Shown piece after piece: positions 45,294 through 55,222 of a stretch of DNA of 64,000 nt (positions are counted from its first letter, which is position 1; every line of letters begins with the position of its first letter). The notes below the pieces were generated by a model. It did no database searches, was not told the DNA's origin, and saw nothing but the letters and a program-made list of their open reading frames with translations. The position numbers and the translations under genes are program-made. The DNA comes from Aestuariirhabdus sp. GTDB taxonomy: Bacteria > Pseudomonadota > Gammaproteobacteria > Pseudomonadales > Aestuariirhabdaceae. The stretch covers positions 2,118 through 66,117 of the forward strand of contig JAUXFT010000003.1 in NCBI GenBank assembly GCA_030622755.1. The letters are read 5' to 3'.

Positions 45294-47405
45294 ATTCATC
45301 TGCATTCTTGCTGCATTCAAACCAATTGGCGCACCGACATAGCGTCCCTGCGCCAACGGTACACCCAGCTCACTGAGCAGCGTCAGGTCTTGCTCAATAC
45401 TTAAATTATCCGCAATCAGCTGCTGACCACTAACGGCGGCCAGCTCACGAATGGACCTCACCATACATTTCCCGACATCATCCAGCTGGGCCCAACCATC
45501 GACAAAATCACCCGCTAGTTTTAAATAACTCACCGGGAGATGCTTTAGTGTCTGAAAAGAATGAAGGCCCATGGCAAAATCATCTATCGAGATCATGCAG
45601 CCCAGGGCGCGAAGCTTTTCCAGAACCGGAACCACATTAGACAGATTGTGCATCAACACGTTTTCAGCCATTTCAAAAATCAATTGCTCGGCTACTAACG
45701 GACTCTGTTCAAGGCTGGACCTGAGTCTCCCAACAAATTCCGGATCCTCAACAATATGAGCAGAGAGGTTAATTCGAAATTTTACTCCAGGGTATTCAGC
45801 TGCCATTTCTGCCGCTTTTGGTACGCCTTTTTCCAGCATCCAACGATCAATTTCCAACATCATTCCCAAACGTTCAGCGACCGGGAAAAACAAACTCGGT
45901 GGAAATAGCTGATCGCCATACCTTAGCCTCAGCAACAATTCATACTGCACAAGCTTGCGCTCATCGGTCGTTATAACAGGCTGAAACAGGACCTCAAAAT
46001 GATCATGAGACAGGGCATCCCGAAGCATATCAGCCCAGCGTATCTCCTCTTCTACCTGCCCACTAATACTGTCGCTGACATGATACCGATTACGGCCCAA
46101 TGTCTTGGCCTTAAAGCAGGCCTTATCGGCAAGATTCCAGAAATGTTCTGCACCACCACCACGATATGCCGCAACGCCGATACTGCAGTAAATATTGAAG
46201 GAAACACCACCCTGATAAAACTGATAATTACGGAATCCGGATAATATGGCTTCTGCAACATTTACTCCCTCTTGCTGGTCAGTGTTGGGTAGCAACACAC
46301 TGAATTCATCCCCACCAAAACGTCCAACCAACGCCTCCAGTGGGACACAATGTGTCAACAAGCTGGCAACTTCTACCAACAATCGATCACCAGCGACGTG
46401 GCCTAACTTATCGTTGATCGATTTAAAATCGTCAAGATCTACAAATATAAGGACGCTCTCACTGACCGTCTCCAGCACTCGTTCAACATTCCCGGAAAAA
46501 GCATTACGACTGAGCAAACCCGTCAGAGGATCCGTAGCAGCAATGCGCTGCAACTCCTGATCTCGCTCTTGCAAGCTTTCAATTGCATGATTCATTGCCA
46601 AGGTAATCGGCTGCAACTCTTCCAGCTCTTCGCTTTGTAATGGCTGATTTATTTTGCCCTCTGCAAGTTTCTCCAAAGGCTCTTTAAGCCGAGCCAACGG
46701 CGCCAGAGTTCGGGTGATAACAAAACGCCCCGCCAGCAGTGAAAGTAAAAACACTAGCGCCAGAACAAAACTTCCTTGCCCCATGTTTATCCATAATTGC
46801 TGCCGGTAATGATCGAAATCCAGCGCGAAATCCATATACCCGATTAATTGAACTTTTTCTGACTGTTCGCTCATATCGAACGCCAGTAACCCATCACCAC
46901 TTAAAGATCGAACCCAGATTGGCACCACCAGACGCACCACACTGCTGTTGTCTTCATACTCCGCAAACAGGTGCTGCTTGCCATGCTTTGCATTGCTAAA
47001 TTGAGATACCTGCTTATAAGAGAGCGGCGGTATAGATTCGACGGCAACATCCTCACGCACGTATCGAGCCATTAACTCCTTGCCAGACGCACTGTAGTAA
47101 CTGACGTATACCAAATTCGTCATGGCGGATAGCTTTTGCTCCAGCAATCTGTTCATCCCGGAGGCTGAGACATACAAAGGCGTGCCATACTCATCGAGCT
47201 TGCTCACGGCATCGAGTGCCTGCTGCCGGGAATTATCTTGCAAAGCCTGATGGGCGGTAAACCAACCAATGCCCAGAGAAAGCAGGTAAAATAACATGCC
47301 CCATACCAACAAAACCGTTAACATCCGACCCACCAGACTCGGTCGAGTTAAATACCCCTTTAGTTGTCGTGCTGTCCCAATTCCTTTTGGGTTCGATCTT
47401 TTCAC
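45267..47405 (-). CDS. Membrane diguanylate cyclase/phosphodiesterase (2 TM-HAMP-GGDEF-EAL)
   Basis: DPLTGL, DLDDFKSIND..GH..GD, RFGGDEF; EAL with YELLLR, INLS, DDFAMG, QG. Confidence 0.92.
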   Translation of the reverse strand: MKRSNPKGIGTARQLKGYLTRPSLVGRMLTVLLVWGMLFYLLSLGIGWFTAHQALQDNSRQQALDAVSKLDEYGTPLYVSASGMNRLLEQKLSAMTNLVYVSYYSASGKELMARYVREDVAVESIPPLSYKQVSQFSNAKHGKQHLFAEYEDNSSVVRLVVPIWVRSLSGDGLLAFDMSEQSEKVQLIGYMDFALDFDHYRQQLWINMGQGSFVLALVFLLSLLAGRFVITRTLAPLARLKEPLEKLAEGKINQPLQSEELEELQPITLAMNHAIESLQERDQELQRIAATDPLTGLLSRNAFSGNVERVLETVSESVLIFVDLDDFKSINDKLGHVAGDRLLVEVASLLTHCVPLEALVGRFGGDEFSVLLPNTDQQEGVNVAEAILSGFRNYQFYQGGVSFNIYCSIGVAAYRGGGAEHFWNLADKACFKAKTLGRNRYHVSDSISGQVEEEIRWADMLRDALSHDHFEVLFQPVITTDERKLVQYELLLRLRYGDQLFPPSLFFPVAERLGMMLEIDRWMLEKGVPKAAEMAAEYPGVKFRINLSAHIVEDPEFVGRLRSSLEQSPLVAEQLIFEMAENVLMHNLSNVVPVLEKLRALGCMISIDDFAMGLHSFQTLKHLPVSYLKLAGDFVDGWAQLDDVGKCMVRSIRELAAVSGQQLIADNLSIEQDLTLLSELGVPLAQGRYVGAPIGLNAARMQMNSAGGEEFE

Positions 47406-47410
47406 GTTCG

Positions 47411-48496
47411 CTACCTAATATTCTTTTTAAGCGTCGCAGGGATCGATAAACCCAAGCGGGCCGCTACCACTGAATTAATACCTACATCCAGTTGTTTGAG
47501 TTCTGACAGAGAACTCTTTCCTTCAGGGTGGGTTTTAAGTAGCTCCAGTTTTTGTACGACTCTATCGGCAATATCATCGGTATAGGTTGAAAAACTCAAA
47601 AGCGCTCCCCCCGACAGAAGCTGCGGAGAAAATACCGCCAATTGTTTACCATTTTTAACACTATATATAATCAACTCCCTGATCACCTGGCGGCTCAATA
47701 CTCGGTTATCCGGCAACAACCAGATTCCCTGGACCTGATCCGAGGCTTGCTTGAGACTATAAATTAAATCTTTATCAGAACTCACCTCAACATGCTGCAG
47801 ACTAACACCTTGAGCGTTAGCTCCCCTCGACAAAGTATCGATTAAAATCTGTTGATTAGGGCCCGTCGCTACCACGACCGTATTTAGCTCTGGAGTGATT
47901 TGGCGCCACATCGAAAACACCTTATCAGCCGACGGCAACATGCTAACTCCCTGACGACCATCAGCCAGCAAACCATAGTCTGCAAAATTAAAAACCTGGC
48001 AAAAAACCTGAGGGTGTGACAACAACATAGTCGATTGGGCTGCCAATAAACCGACCGCAACAAGCTGAATATTGTCACGCTGACTCAGCTGTTGAATCAC
48101 ATCAGCGGCGACGCTGGAATCATTATTCAGAGGGTAAATTTTTGCCCGTTCTCCGAGCTTTTGTTGAATCTTCCGGGCAACAGACGTCATGGCATCTATT
48201 TCGGCGCTCACCAGGATAGCGATTTCGTCTGGCGCCGGAGCTTCTATTGGCTGAACCGAAGAGAGGGTTCTCTTGTTTACAGGCCTGGATTTCGAATCAG
48301 ACAGCCGCTGCGATTGATCACCGGCTTCAATTTGCCTGTTTTGCACAGGTTCTGATCTATCCACTACGACCGGGGAAAAATGCGACTCTGTACCCATCTC
48401 TAAATCAAAAGGCGCACATCCCACCAACAGCAATAGCGTCAGTGCACTGAAAATCCAACAAAATCCAATACTGCTGTGTCGAGAGGCTTGCATCAT
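47411..48496 (-). CDS. ABC-substrate-binding-like lipoprotein, orphan
   Basis: Lipobox LLVG-C; VAVG..A, QGVSM, GIWLLPD, GALLS, INSVVAARLGL typical of the ABC_sub_bind-type fold. Confidence 0.72.
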   Translation of the reverse strand: MMQASRHSSIGFCWIFSALTLLLLVGCAPFDLEMGTESHFSPVVVDRSEPVQNRQIEAGDQSQRLSDSKSRPVNKRTLSSVQPIEAPAPDEIAILVSAEIDAMTSVARKIQQKLGERAKIYPLNNDSSVAADVIQQLSQRDNIQLVAVGLLAAQSTMLLSHPQVFCQVFNFADYGLLADGRQGVSMLPSADKVFSMWRQITPELNTVVVATGPNQQILIDTLSRGANAQGVSLQHVEVSSDKDLIYSLKQASDQVQGIWLLPDNRVLSRQVIRELIIYSVKNGKQLAVFSPQLLSGGALLSFSTYTDDIADRVVQKLELLKTHPEGKSSLSELKQLDVGINSVVAARLGLSIPATLKKNIR

Positions 48497-48555
48497 GTCT
48501 AGCTCATAAACCCAACCGAATATCAACAATCCTGTCGGTGTTAGTAATTTGACTC

Positions 48556-48617
48556 ATTATAGTAATAATCGCGTCAAAATGTGACGCGTGTCAAATCTTT
48601 TTTGGCCCTGCATCACA
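48556..48617 (-). promoter_or_regulatory. Sigma70 -10 (TATAAT) with two CRP-like boxes
   Basis: TATAAT on minus at 48561-48556; AAATGTGA-CGCGTG-TCAAAT (core 48580-48595); minus-strand TGTGA-TGCAGG-GCCAA (48602-48617). Confidence 0.6.
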
Positions 48618-48639
48618 CTTTGGGTGCAGTTTTAAGGCC

Positions 48640-49389
48640 TTAGCCAGATCCACAGCAAGGGCATTTCGGGTCACGGCGCAATTTCAGCTCGCGCCACTGG
48701 CTGCTTTTAGCATCCAGAATAAGCAAACGTCCTGTCAGTGACTCTCCGATGTTGGCCGCGATTTTCAATACTTCCAGCGCCTGCATTGTGCCAATCATTC
48801 CCACCACAGGAGCAAGCACACCGGTTCTTGCACAGGACTGCTCTTCCTGACCCTGCTCACGGTAAAGGCAACGATAACAAGGGGATTCATCATTGCGACT
48901 GTCAAACACTGACACCTGCCCCGTCAATCCAATAGCGGCGCCAGAGACCAGAGGCTTGCGAGCTTCTACACAAGCGCGATTAATAGCAAAGCGTGTTGCG
49001 AAGTTGTCAGTAGCGTCCACCACGATATCTACCGCACCAACTTCTTCTGCCAGAGACTCGGCATCGAGTCTCTCGTTACGGGTACTAACACTGATGCTGG
49101 AATTCAACTGATGTAAGGTCTCAGCGACGGATTGAACTTTCGACTTGCCTACATCCGTCTCAAAATGGGCTATTTGACGTTGCAAATTACTGATCTCAAC
49201 CTCATCAAAATCGATCAAGCGTAACGAGCCAATACCTGCCGCCGCCAAATAGACCGCAACCGGGCACCCTAAGCCTCCCATCCCAACAATCAATACACGA
49301 CTTTCAAGGAAGTGCTGCTGGCCGGTTATTTCTACCTCCGGCATCATAATTTGCCGGCTGTAACGCAACAGCTGATCATCGTTCATCAT
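48640..49389 (-). CDS. moeB: Molybdopterin-synthase adenylyltransferase (MoeB/ThiF)
   Basis: RYSRQI, GMGGLG, SNLQRQ, CYRC, CPCC. Confidence 0.92.
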   Translation of the reverse strand: MMNDDQLLRYSRQIMMPEVEITGQQHFLESRVLIVGMGGLGCPVAVYLAAAGIGSLRLIDFDEVEISNLQRQIAHFETDVGKSKVQSVAETLHQLNSSISVSTRNERLDAESLAEEVGAVDIVVDATDNFATRFAINRACVEARKPLVSGAAIGLTGQVSVFDSRNDESPCYRCLYREQGQEEQSCARTGVLAPVVGMIGTMQALEVLKIAANIGESLTGRLLILDAKSSQWRELKLRRDPKCPCCGSG

Positions 49390-49417
49390 GACTTCACTTT
49401 CCTTTCCAATTAACGGG

Positions 49418-50266
49418 TTAGTAGCCGGACCAGCGACCCAGGGTTATACGATCAAGCCCTGCCAGATCCTGAAGCACTCTCACCTCAGAGTAACCCAGTG
49501 ATGCCAGCAAATCAGCTACAGCAGGACCTTGCGCAAAACCGTGCTCGAACAACAAAAAACCTGAGGAATTTAACCAGTCACGCGCCTGCTCGCTGATCAC
49601 CCTGATATCCGCCAAGCCCTCCTCCTGAGCAACCAGAGCGCTTCGCGGCTCAAACTGCACACCACCCTGGGCCAGATGAGGGTCCTCGGCGTCAATATAG
49701 GGCGGATTACTAATGATCATATCGAAAAGCTCACCACCTAATCCGTCACACCAGCTTCCCTGATTAAATGACACATTATCGATCCTTAATCGTTCAGCAT
49801 TGTGTCGGGCCAGGGCGACGGCTTCAGGAATCGTATCGACTCCCTCCAACTGCCAATCGGGTCGCTCCGTAGCAACAGCCAGAGCAATCGCCCCGGAACC
49901 GCTACCAAGATCAGCAACCCGGCAACTGTCAGCTCTGTCGGCCAGACACTCCAAGGCAGTTTCCACCAACAGTTCAGTTTCAGGGCGCGGAATCAAGGTG
50001 CTGGCATTAACGGCCAAATCGAGCGTCCAGAATCCTTGTCGACCCGTCAGGTACGCCACAGGCTCACCTTTGCGGCGGCGCTCGAGCAACCCCTGAAACT
50101 GCTGATATTCTCTATCACTTAACTGATGATCAGGCCAGGTAAACAAATAGGAGCGCTCACACCCCATGACTGAACAGAGCAGCAACTCCACATCAAGGCG
50201 AGAAGTATCGCTAACCACTTCCAGCCCATGATCTGTCTGCAGCAACTCGCCAATATTCAAGCTCAT
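49418..50266 (-). CDS. prmC: Release factor glutamine methyltransferase
   Basis: GEPVAY, LIPRPETE, DLGSGSG, SNPPY. Confidence 0.96.
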   Translation of the reverse strand: MSLNIGELLQTDHGLEVVSDTSRLDVELLLCSVMGCERSYLFTWPDHQLSDREYQQFQGLLERRRKGEPVAYLTGRQGFWTLDLAVNASTLIPRPETELLVETALECLADRADSCRVADLGSGSGAIALAVATERPDWQLEGVDTIPEAVALARHNAERLRIDNVSFNQGSWCDGLGGELFDMIISNPPYIDAEDPHLAQGGVQFEPRSALVAQEEGLADIRVISEQARDWLNSSGFLLFEHGFAQGPAVADLLASLGYSEVRVLQDLAGLDRITLGRWSGY

Positions 50267-50270
50267 AGGA

Positions 50271-51353
50271 CTATTCTGCGAGCGTAGCCAGTAGCTCCAT
50301 CTGGTGCTCCTGAAGCAACATCTCGATCACCGGGCCCACATCTCCTTCCATAATTTCCGGCAACTTGTACAGCGTCAGATTAATACGGTGATCCGTCACC
50401 CGGCCCTGCGGATAGTTGTACGTTCGGATGCGTTCTGAACGATCTCCACTCCCAACCAGACTCTTGCGCTGATCAGCAACCTCCTTACGCGCAACTTCAT
50501 CGGCAGCACTGTTGAGGCGCGCCGAAAGCAAGGCCATCGCCCTGGCGCGATTTTTATGCTGAGAACGCTCATCCTGACACTCAACCACAAGCCCGGTCGG
50601 TAAATGAGTAAGACGAATTGCAGAATCAGTCTTGTTGACGTGCTGGCCACCAGCACCCGAAGCCCGGAAGGTATCGATTCGCAGATCCCCCTTTTTAATC
50701 TCCACCGCATCTGCTTCTTCCGGTTCCGGCATCACAGCAACCGTACACGCAGAAGTATGAATCCGACCTTGCGATTCCGTTTCCGGAACACGCTGAACCC
50801 GATGGGCGCCGGATTCAAATTTCAGATGGCCGTAAACTTCCGCCCCGACGATTCGACTAATAATTTCACGATATCCGCCATGCTCACCTTCGTTGGCACT
50901 GATCACTTCGACTTTCCACTTTCTCCGCTCAGCATAGCGGGAGTACATACGAAACAAGTCTCCGGCAAATATGGCGGCCTCATCGCCACCAGTTCCCGCC
51001 CGTATTTCGAGGAAGGTGTTGTGATTATCATTGGGATCTTTGGGTAACAGCAGTTTTTGCAACTCAAGCTCTAGCTCAGAACACAGCGACTTACCTTCAT
51101 CAATCTCCTCCTGAGCCATCTCGCGCATATCATCATCGCCATCTTCCAACAGCAATTTCGCTTCTTCAAGGTCATCAACCACCCGAGTATAACGACCAAA
51201 ACAATCAACTACGGGCTCCAGTTCGGAGTACTCCTTGGAAAACTTTCGAAAACGATCCTGATCCGTTATAACCCCGGGATCGGCTAACAACGCGGAAAGT
51301 TCTTCATGACGATCACGCAAACCTTCCAGCTTGTTGAGTATGGATACTTTCAT
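50271..51353 (-). CDS. prfA: Peptide chain release factor 1
   Basis: PET motif (VPETE), [14 protein letters not shown]; start MKVS at 51353. Confidence 0.97.
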   Translation of the reverse strand: MKVSILNKLEGLRDRHEELSALLADPGVITDQDRFRKFSKEYSELEPVVDCFGRYTRVVDDLEEAKLLLEDGDDDMREMAQEEIDEGKSLCSELELELQKLLLPKDPNDNHNTFLEIRAGTGGDEAAIFAGDLFRMYSRYAERRKWKVEVISANEGEHGGYREIISRIVGAEVYGHLKFESGAHRVQRVPETESQGRIHTSACTVAVMPEPEEADAVEIKKGDLRIDTFRASGAGGQHVNKTDSAIRLTHLPTGLVVECQDERSQHKNRARAMALLSARLNSAADEVARKEVADQRKSLVGSGDRSERIRTYNYPQGRVTDHRINLTLYKLPEIMEGDVGPVIEMLLQEHQMELLATLAE

Positions 51354-51361
51354 GACAATTC

Positions 51362-52621
51362 TTAATCCTGGGGATTTAACTGGAACAACTGCTGGGCCCA
51401 TTCGACCTGATCCTTTCGCCCGTTGGCACTGGCTTGTTTGATCTGGAGACTGGGGGTATGGGTCATTTTGTTGGTAATCGAACGGGCCAATTGTTGTAAA
51501 ACATCTTCTGCATTGACGCCATTATTTAACTGCTTGAGGGCTTTATCCAATTCTGCCCGTTTAATCTGTTCCGCCTGCTGACGATAAGCTTTGAGAACTT
51601 CGACGCCATCCAACTCGCGCATCCTGAGCTGGAATTCCTCAACACCATCAAGCACCATAGACTCTGCGGACGCTGCTGCTTTCTGGCGACTCTTCTGATT
51701 CTCCTCGACCACTTCATGCAGATCATCAACACTATAAAGATAAACGTCTGAAAGCTCACCGACCTCCGGCTCAATATCCCGAGGCACGGCGATATCTACC
51801 ATAAACATCGGACGATGTTTACGCTTTTTCAAAGCACGCTCAACCGCGCCCTTGCCTAGAATTGGTAATTGGCTAGCGGTAGAAGCAATCACGATATCTG
51901 CATCCACAAGATGCTCGGGAATGTCTGACAGCAAAATGGCGTGAGCGTCAAATTCCCGAGCTAAAAGCTGTGCACGCTCAAGCGTACGGTTTGCCACAAC
52001 AATTCGTTGCACACCAGCCTCGCGTAAATGACGCGCAACCAGTTCAACCGTCTCTCCCGCACCAATTAACAGCGCATGGTTTTTAGACATATCAGCGAAG
52101 ATCTGTTTTCCCAGACTGACCGCAGCAAAGGCTATGGACACCGGATTTTCCCCGATGGTAGTGCGGGTACGAACCTGTTTGGCCATGGAGAAAGTCGACT
52201 GAAACAGGCGCCCAAGCTCCGCGCCAACACTGTCTGCTTCTTTCGCAACCGCAAAACTGGATTTCAGTTGTCCCAGAATTTGCGGTTCACCCAGCACCAT
52301 GGAATCGAGTCCACTGGCGACCCGCATCATATGGCGCACAGCCTCATCGTCGCAGTGAATATAACTACAGGATTCCAGATCTTCAGGGTTGAGGTCATGA
52401 TACGAAGCCAACCACTGCAGCAAACTCCGATGATCATTTGTGCTGGTACTACAGTACAGCTCAGTACGATTACAGGTAGAAAGTATAGCCACTTCATTAA
52501 CAGCGTTCAGCTTATGAGCCTGGTTCAGTGCTTCAACCATCTGCTCGGGGGCAAAGGAGAGTTTTTCGCGCACGGCAACCGCCGCCGTTTTGTGATTAAT
52601 GCCTATCGCTAAAAAACCCAT
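51362..52621 (-). CDS. hemA: Glutamyl-tRNA reductase
   Basis: [33 protein letters not shown]. Confidence 0.97.
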   Translation of the reverse strand: MGFLAIGINHKTAAVAVREKLSFAPEQMVEALNQAHKLNAVNEVAILSTCNRTELYCSTSTNDHRSLLQWLASYHDLNPEDLESCSYIHCDDEAVRHMMRVASGLDSMVLGEPQILGQLKSSFAVAKEADSVGAELGRLFQSTFSMAKQVRTRTTIGENPVSIAFAAVSLGKQIFADMSKNHALLIGAGETVELVARHLREAGVQRIVVANRTLERAQLLAREFDAHAILLSDIPEHLVDADIVIASTASQLPILGKGAVERALKKRKHRPMFMVDIAVPRDIEPEVGELSDVYLYSVDDLHEVVEENQKSRQKAAASAESMVLDGVEEFQLRMRELDGVEVLKAYRQQAEQIKRAELDKALKQLNNGVNAEDVLQQLARSITNKMTHTPSLQIKQASANGRKDQVEWAQQLFQLNPQD

Positions 52622-52770
52622 ACGCTCCCGCTTATCACCCGCTGAACCAGCCGCCACCTCCCGCCTTTATAATTAAGCAGGAGCAAAGCCGTGAATTTTC
52701 CTATTTATAGCCGCTAAATTCAACAAGGAGCCAACAAATCTACCCACCCTCATCAATCGAACACTCTGGA

Positions 52771-52850
52771 CTATCGGGTTTCGCCTATTGGTTTCGCCTA
52801 AGTATGGGTTTCGCCTATCGCTTATGTCATGATACCGGTTTCCTATCGGT
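52771..52850. repeat. Three copies of GGTTTCGCCTA plus a degenerate fourth
   Basis: Copies at 52777, 52790, 52807; GGTTTCCTATCGG near 52837. Confidence 0.85.
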
Positions 52851-52876
52851 TTTGAACGCAGGCAATCCAGTCCACC

Positions 52877-54604
52877 ATGATTCACCGTCGAATCCCCTTT
52901 ATCGCCATCGTCTTCGGATGTATTTTTCTCACTGGTTGCGCAGCCAAGTCCACCCCTATAAGCAGCACCGAAAACCAGCACACACCTCAGCCAGACACTC
53001 CTTCGACTTACCCGGATGCTCCTTTTAACAAATCAACACTGTATGCCCTCATGGTTGCCGAAATAGCCAGTCAACGAGACCGACTGGATATCACTCTGGG
53101 CAACTATCTGGAACAAGCGCACATCACCGGAGATCCTGGTGTTGCTGAGCGTTCCATGCGTATCGCCCAATACCTTGGCGCCCGCCAGGCCGTGCTGGAA
53201 TCTGCTCGACTATGGGCAAAATCCGACCCTGATAACGTTCAGGCATTGCAATCCTACGCCCTGGAAATGGCTCATGCAGGGCACCTCAACGACTCTGCCA
53301 TTATTATGCAACGAGTCCTTCAGTTGGGAGGTACGACTCACTTCGATCTACTCGCACTGCAAGCCGAAGAGATTAGTCCTTATGAAAGAGCTGCATTGCA
53401 GGCAACCATTGATGAAATTCTTCAACTATTTCCACACAATCCACAGCTGATGCTAGCGCAAGCGATAATGCTGGAGCATGCAGAAAGCTACGACGCAGCG
53501 CTGGGCAAGCTGACTCAGCTAATCAATCAATATCCTAACGACGAGAAAGCCCTGCTTCACCAGGGCCGACTACTCCATCGCCTAAAACGCTATGAAGAAG
53601 CGGCTCTACAGGTGCAGACAGCTCTCAAAAACCACCCGCAAAATACTCGCCTGCGCCTGCTTTATGCACAAATACTTATCGACCTGAATCGCCTCGATGA
53701 AGCGTTGGCAGAATTCAAGTTATTACACGACAGCGCACCAAATGACCCGGACCTGATTCTATCCATCGCCCTGACATCCCTGGAAGGTAATCTAATGGAT
53801 CAGGCCGAACTCCATCTAAACAAACTACTATTGCTGGAAAAACGAACCAGTGCAGCTCATTACTATTTGGGTCGTCTATCACAATTGCAGGATAAATGGG
53901 AAGCCGCTCGTGACCACTACCTGCAAGTAGACGATGAAAGCGAACTACTGCCCGCTTACACCTTTTTAACTCGAATGCTCGCAGATCACGAGCGCTGGGA
54001 AGAAGCACACACATACCTTCAGCAAGCCCGGGAGCACCATCCAGATTTACGCGTGCAACTCTTCATCCTGGAATCCGAGGTTCTTACCGAACAACGCGAA
54101 TACGACCAGGCGCATACGGTGTTAAATGAGGCGATTGCGATCTATCCTCGCAATATATCCCTGCTTTATGCCCGCGCCATGCTAGCGGAAAAAAGTGACG
54201 ATATTTCACAACTGGAAAAAGACCTCCGCGCCATTCTGGCTATTAATCCTGACAATGCCATGGCACTCAATGCACTCGGCTACACACTCGCCGACCGCAC
54301 CGATCGCTACCAGGAAGCCGCCGAACTGATCAGCAAAGCACTGGAATTTACCCCCGGCGACCCTGCCGTCATAGACAGTCTGGGATGGGTAGAATTTCGA
54401 CTCGGAAATATTGACGAATCCCTGAAACTTCTTCGAAGAGCCTACCAGCTATATCCCGACCCGGAAATCGCTGCTCACCTGATCGAAGTGCTCTGGTCTA
54501 TGGATGAGAAAAACGAAGCCCAACAGATATGGGAGCAGGCACTTGAGCAAAATCCAGATAGCGACCTGCTTAAAGCGGTTATGGAACGATTAAATCCGAG
54601 CTGA
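52877..54604 (+). CDS. TPR lipoprotein (PA4667-like)
   Basis: LTG-C lipobox; LYALMVAE, ALNALGYTLAD, DSLGWV, EIAAHL; between hemA and lolB. Confidence 0.9.
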   Translation: MIHRRIPFIAIVFGCIFLTGCAAKSTPISSTENQHTPQPDTPSTYPDAPFNKSTLYALMVAEIASQRDRLDITLGNYLEQAHITGDPGVAERSMRIAQYLGARQAVLESARLWAKSDPDNVQALQSYALEMAHAGHLNDSAIIMQRVLQLGGTTHFDLLALQAEEISPYERAALQATIDEILQLFPHNPQLMLAQAIMLEHAESYDAALGKLTQLINQYPNDEKALLHQGRLLHRLKRYEEAALQVQTALKNHPQNTRLRLLYAQILIDLNRLDEALAEFKLLHDSAPNDPDLILSIALTSLEGNLMDQAELHLNKLLLLEKRTSAAHYYLGRLSQLQDKWEAARDHYLQVDDESELLPAYTFLTRMLADHERWEEAHTYLQQAREHHPDLRVQLFILESEVLTEQREYDQAHTVLNEAIAIYPRNISLLYARAMLAEKSDDISQLEKDLRAILAINPDNAMALNALGYTLADRTDRYQEAAELISKALEFTPGDPAVIDSLGWVEFRLGNIDESLKLLRRAYQLYPDPEIAAHLIEVLWSMDEKNEAQQIWEQALEQNPDSDLLKAVMERLNPS

Positions 54605-54609
54605 CAACC

Positions 54610-55218
54610 ATGCGCCTACCACTACTTGTCATCATCCTACTGCTTGGCGGGTGCAGCACTCTCGGCACTGATTCGACTCAGCCTGACCCAGTTCCTCTGG
54701 GTCAACGCATGCAGCTATGGCAACAGCACCAGATTGAACTCAGCGCGATACAAGACTGGGAGCTCTCTGGAAAGCTGGGCATTCGCACCACCGAACGTTC
54801 CTCTTCTGTTTATCTCAACTGGAAGCAAAGAGGTTCAGGCTATCGTATCCGTATCTCGTCAGTAATTGGACAAACACTGGCTCTACTACAAGGTTCATCC
54901 CAGGGTGTGGCACTTAGCACCGCCGACCATGAAACCCTTTACGCAAGTTCTCCCGAACAACTGCTGCGTCAAAAACTCGGTTGGGAGTTCCCCGTTTCCA
55001 GCTTGCAATACTGGATCAAAGGCATACCAGCACCCGGCAATAGCGAACCGCAACTTAACGATCAGGGGTTACTGGACCAACTAGAACAAGGGGAATGGTC
55101 TATACGCTTTACCCGTTACCAAAAAGTGGGAGATTTACAATTACCCGGTCGCATGGTCGTCGAAGGGCCTCACGCACGACTCACCTTTATCATCAATAAC
55201 TGGAACCCGAAAGGCTAG
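54610..55218 (+). CDS. lolB: Outer-membrane lipoprotein insertase
   Basis: LGG-C, WELSGKLG, LGWEFPVSSLQYWIKG. Confidence 0.93.
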   Translation: MRLPLLVIILLLGGCSTLGTDSTQPDPVPLGQRMQLWQQHQIELSAIQDWELSGKLGIRTTERSSSVYLNWKQRGSGYRIRISSVIGQTLALLQGSSQGVALSTADHETLYASSPEQLLRQKLGWEFPVSSLQYWIKGIPAPGNSEPQLNDQGLLDQLEQGEWSIRFTRYQKVGDLQLPGRMVVEGPHARLTFIINNWNPKG

Positions 55219-55222
55219 TAAT

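Noticed and set aside
52771-52850. Repeats as a mini-CRISPR
   Set aside because: Units are 11 bp with 2-6 bp gaps and there are no cas genes
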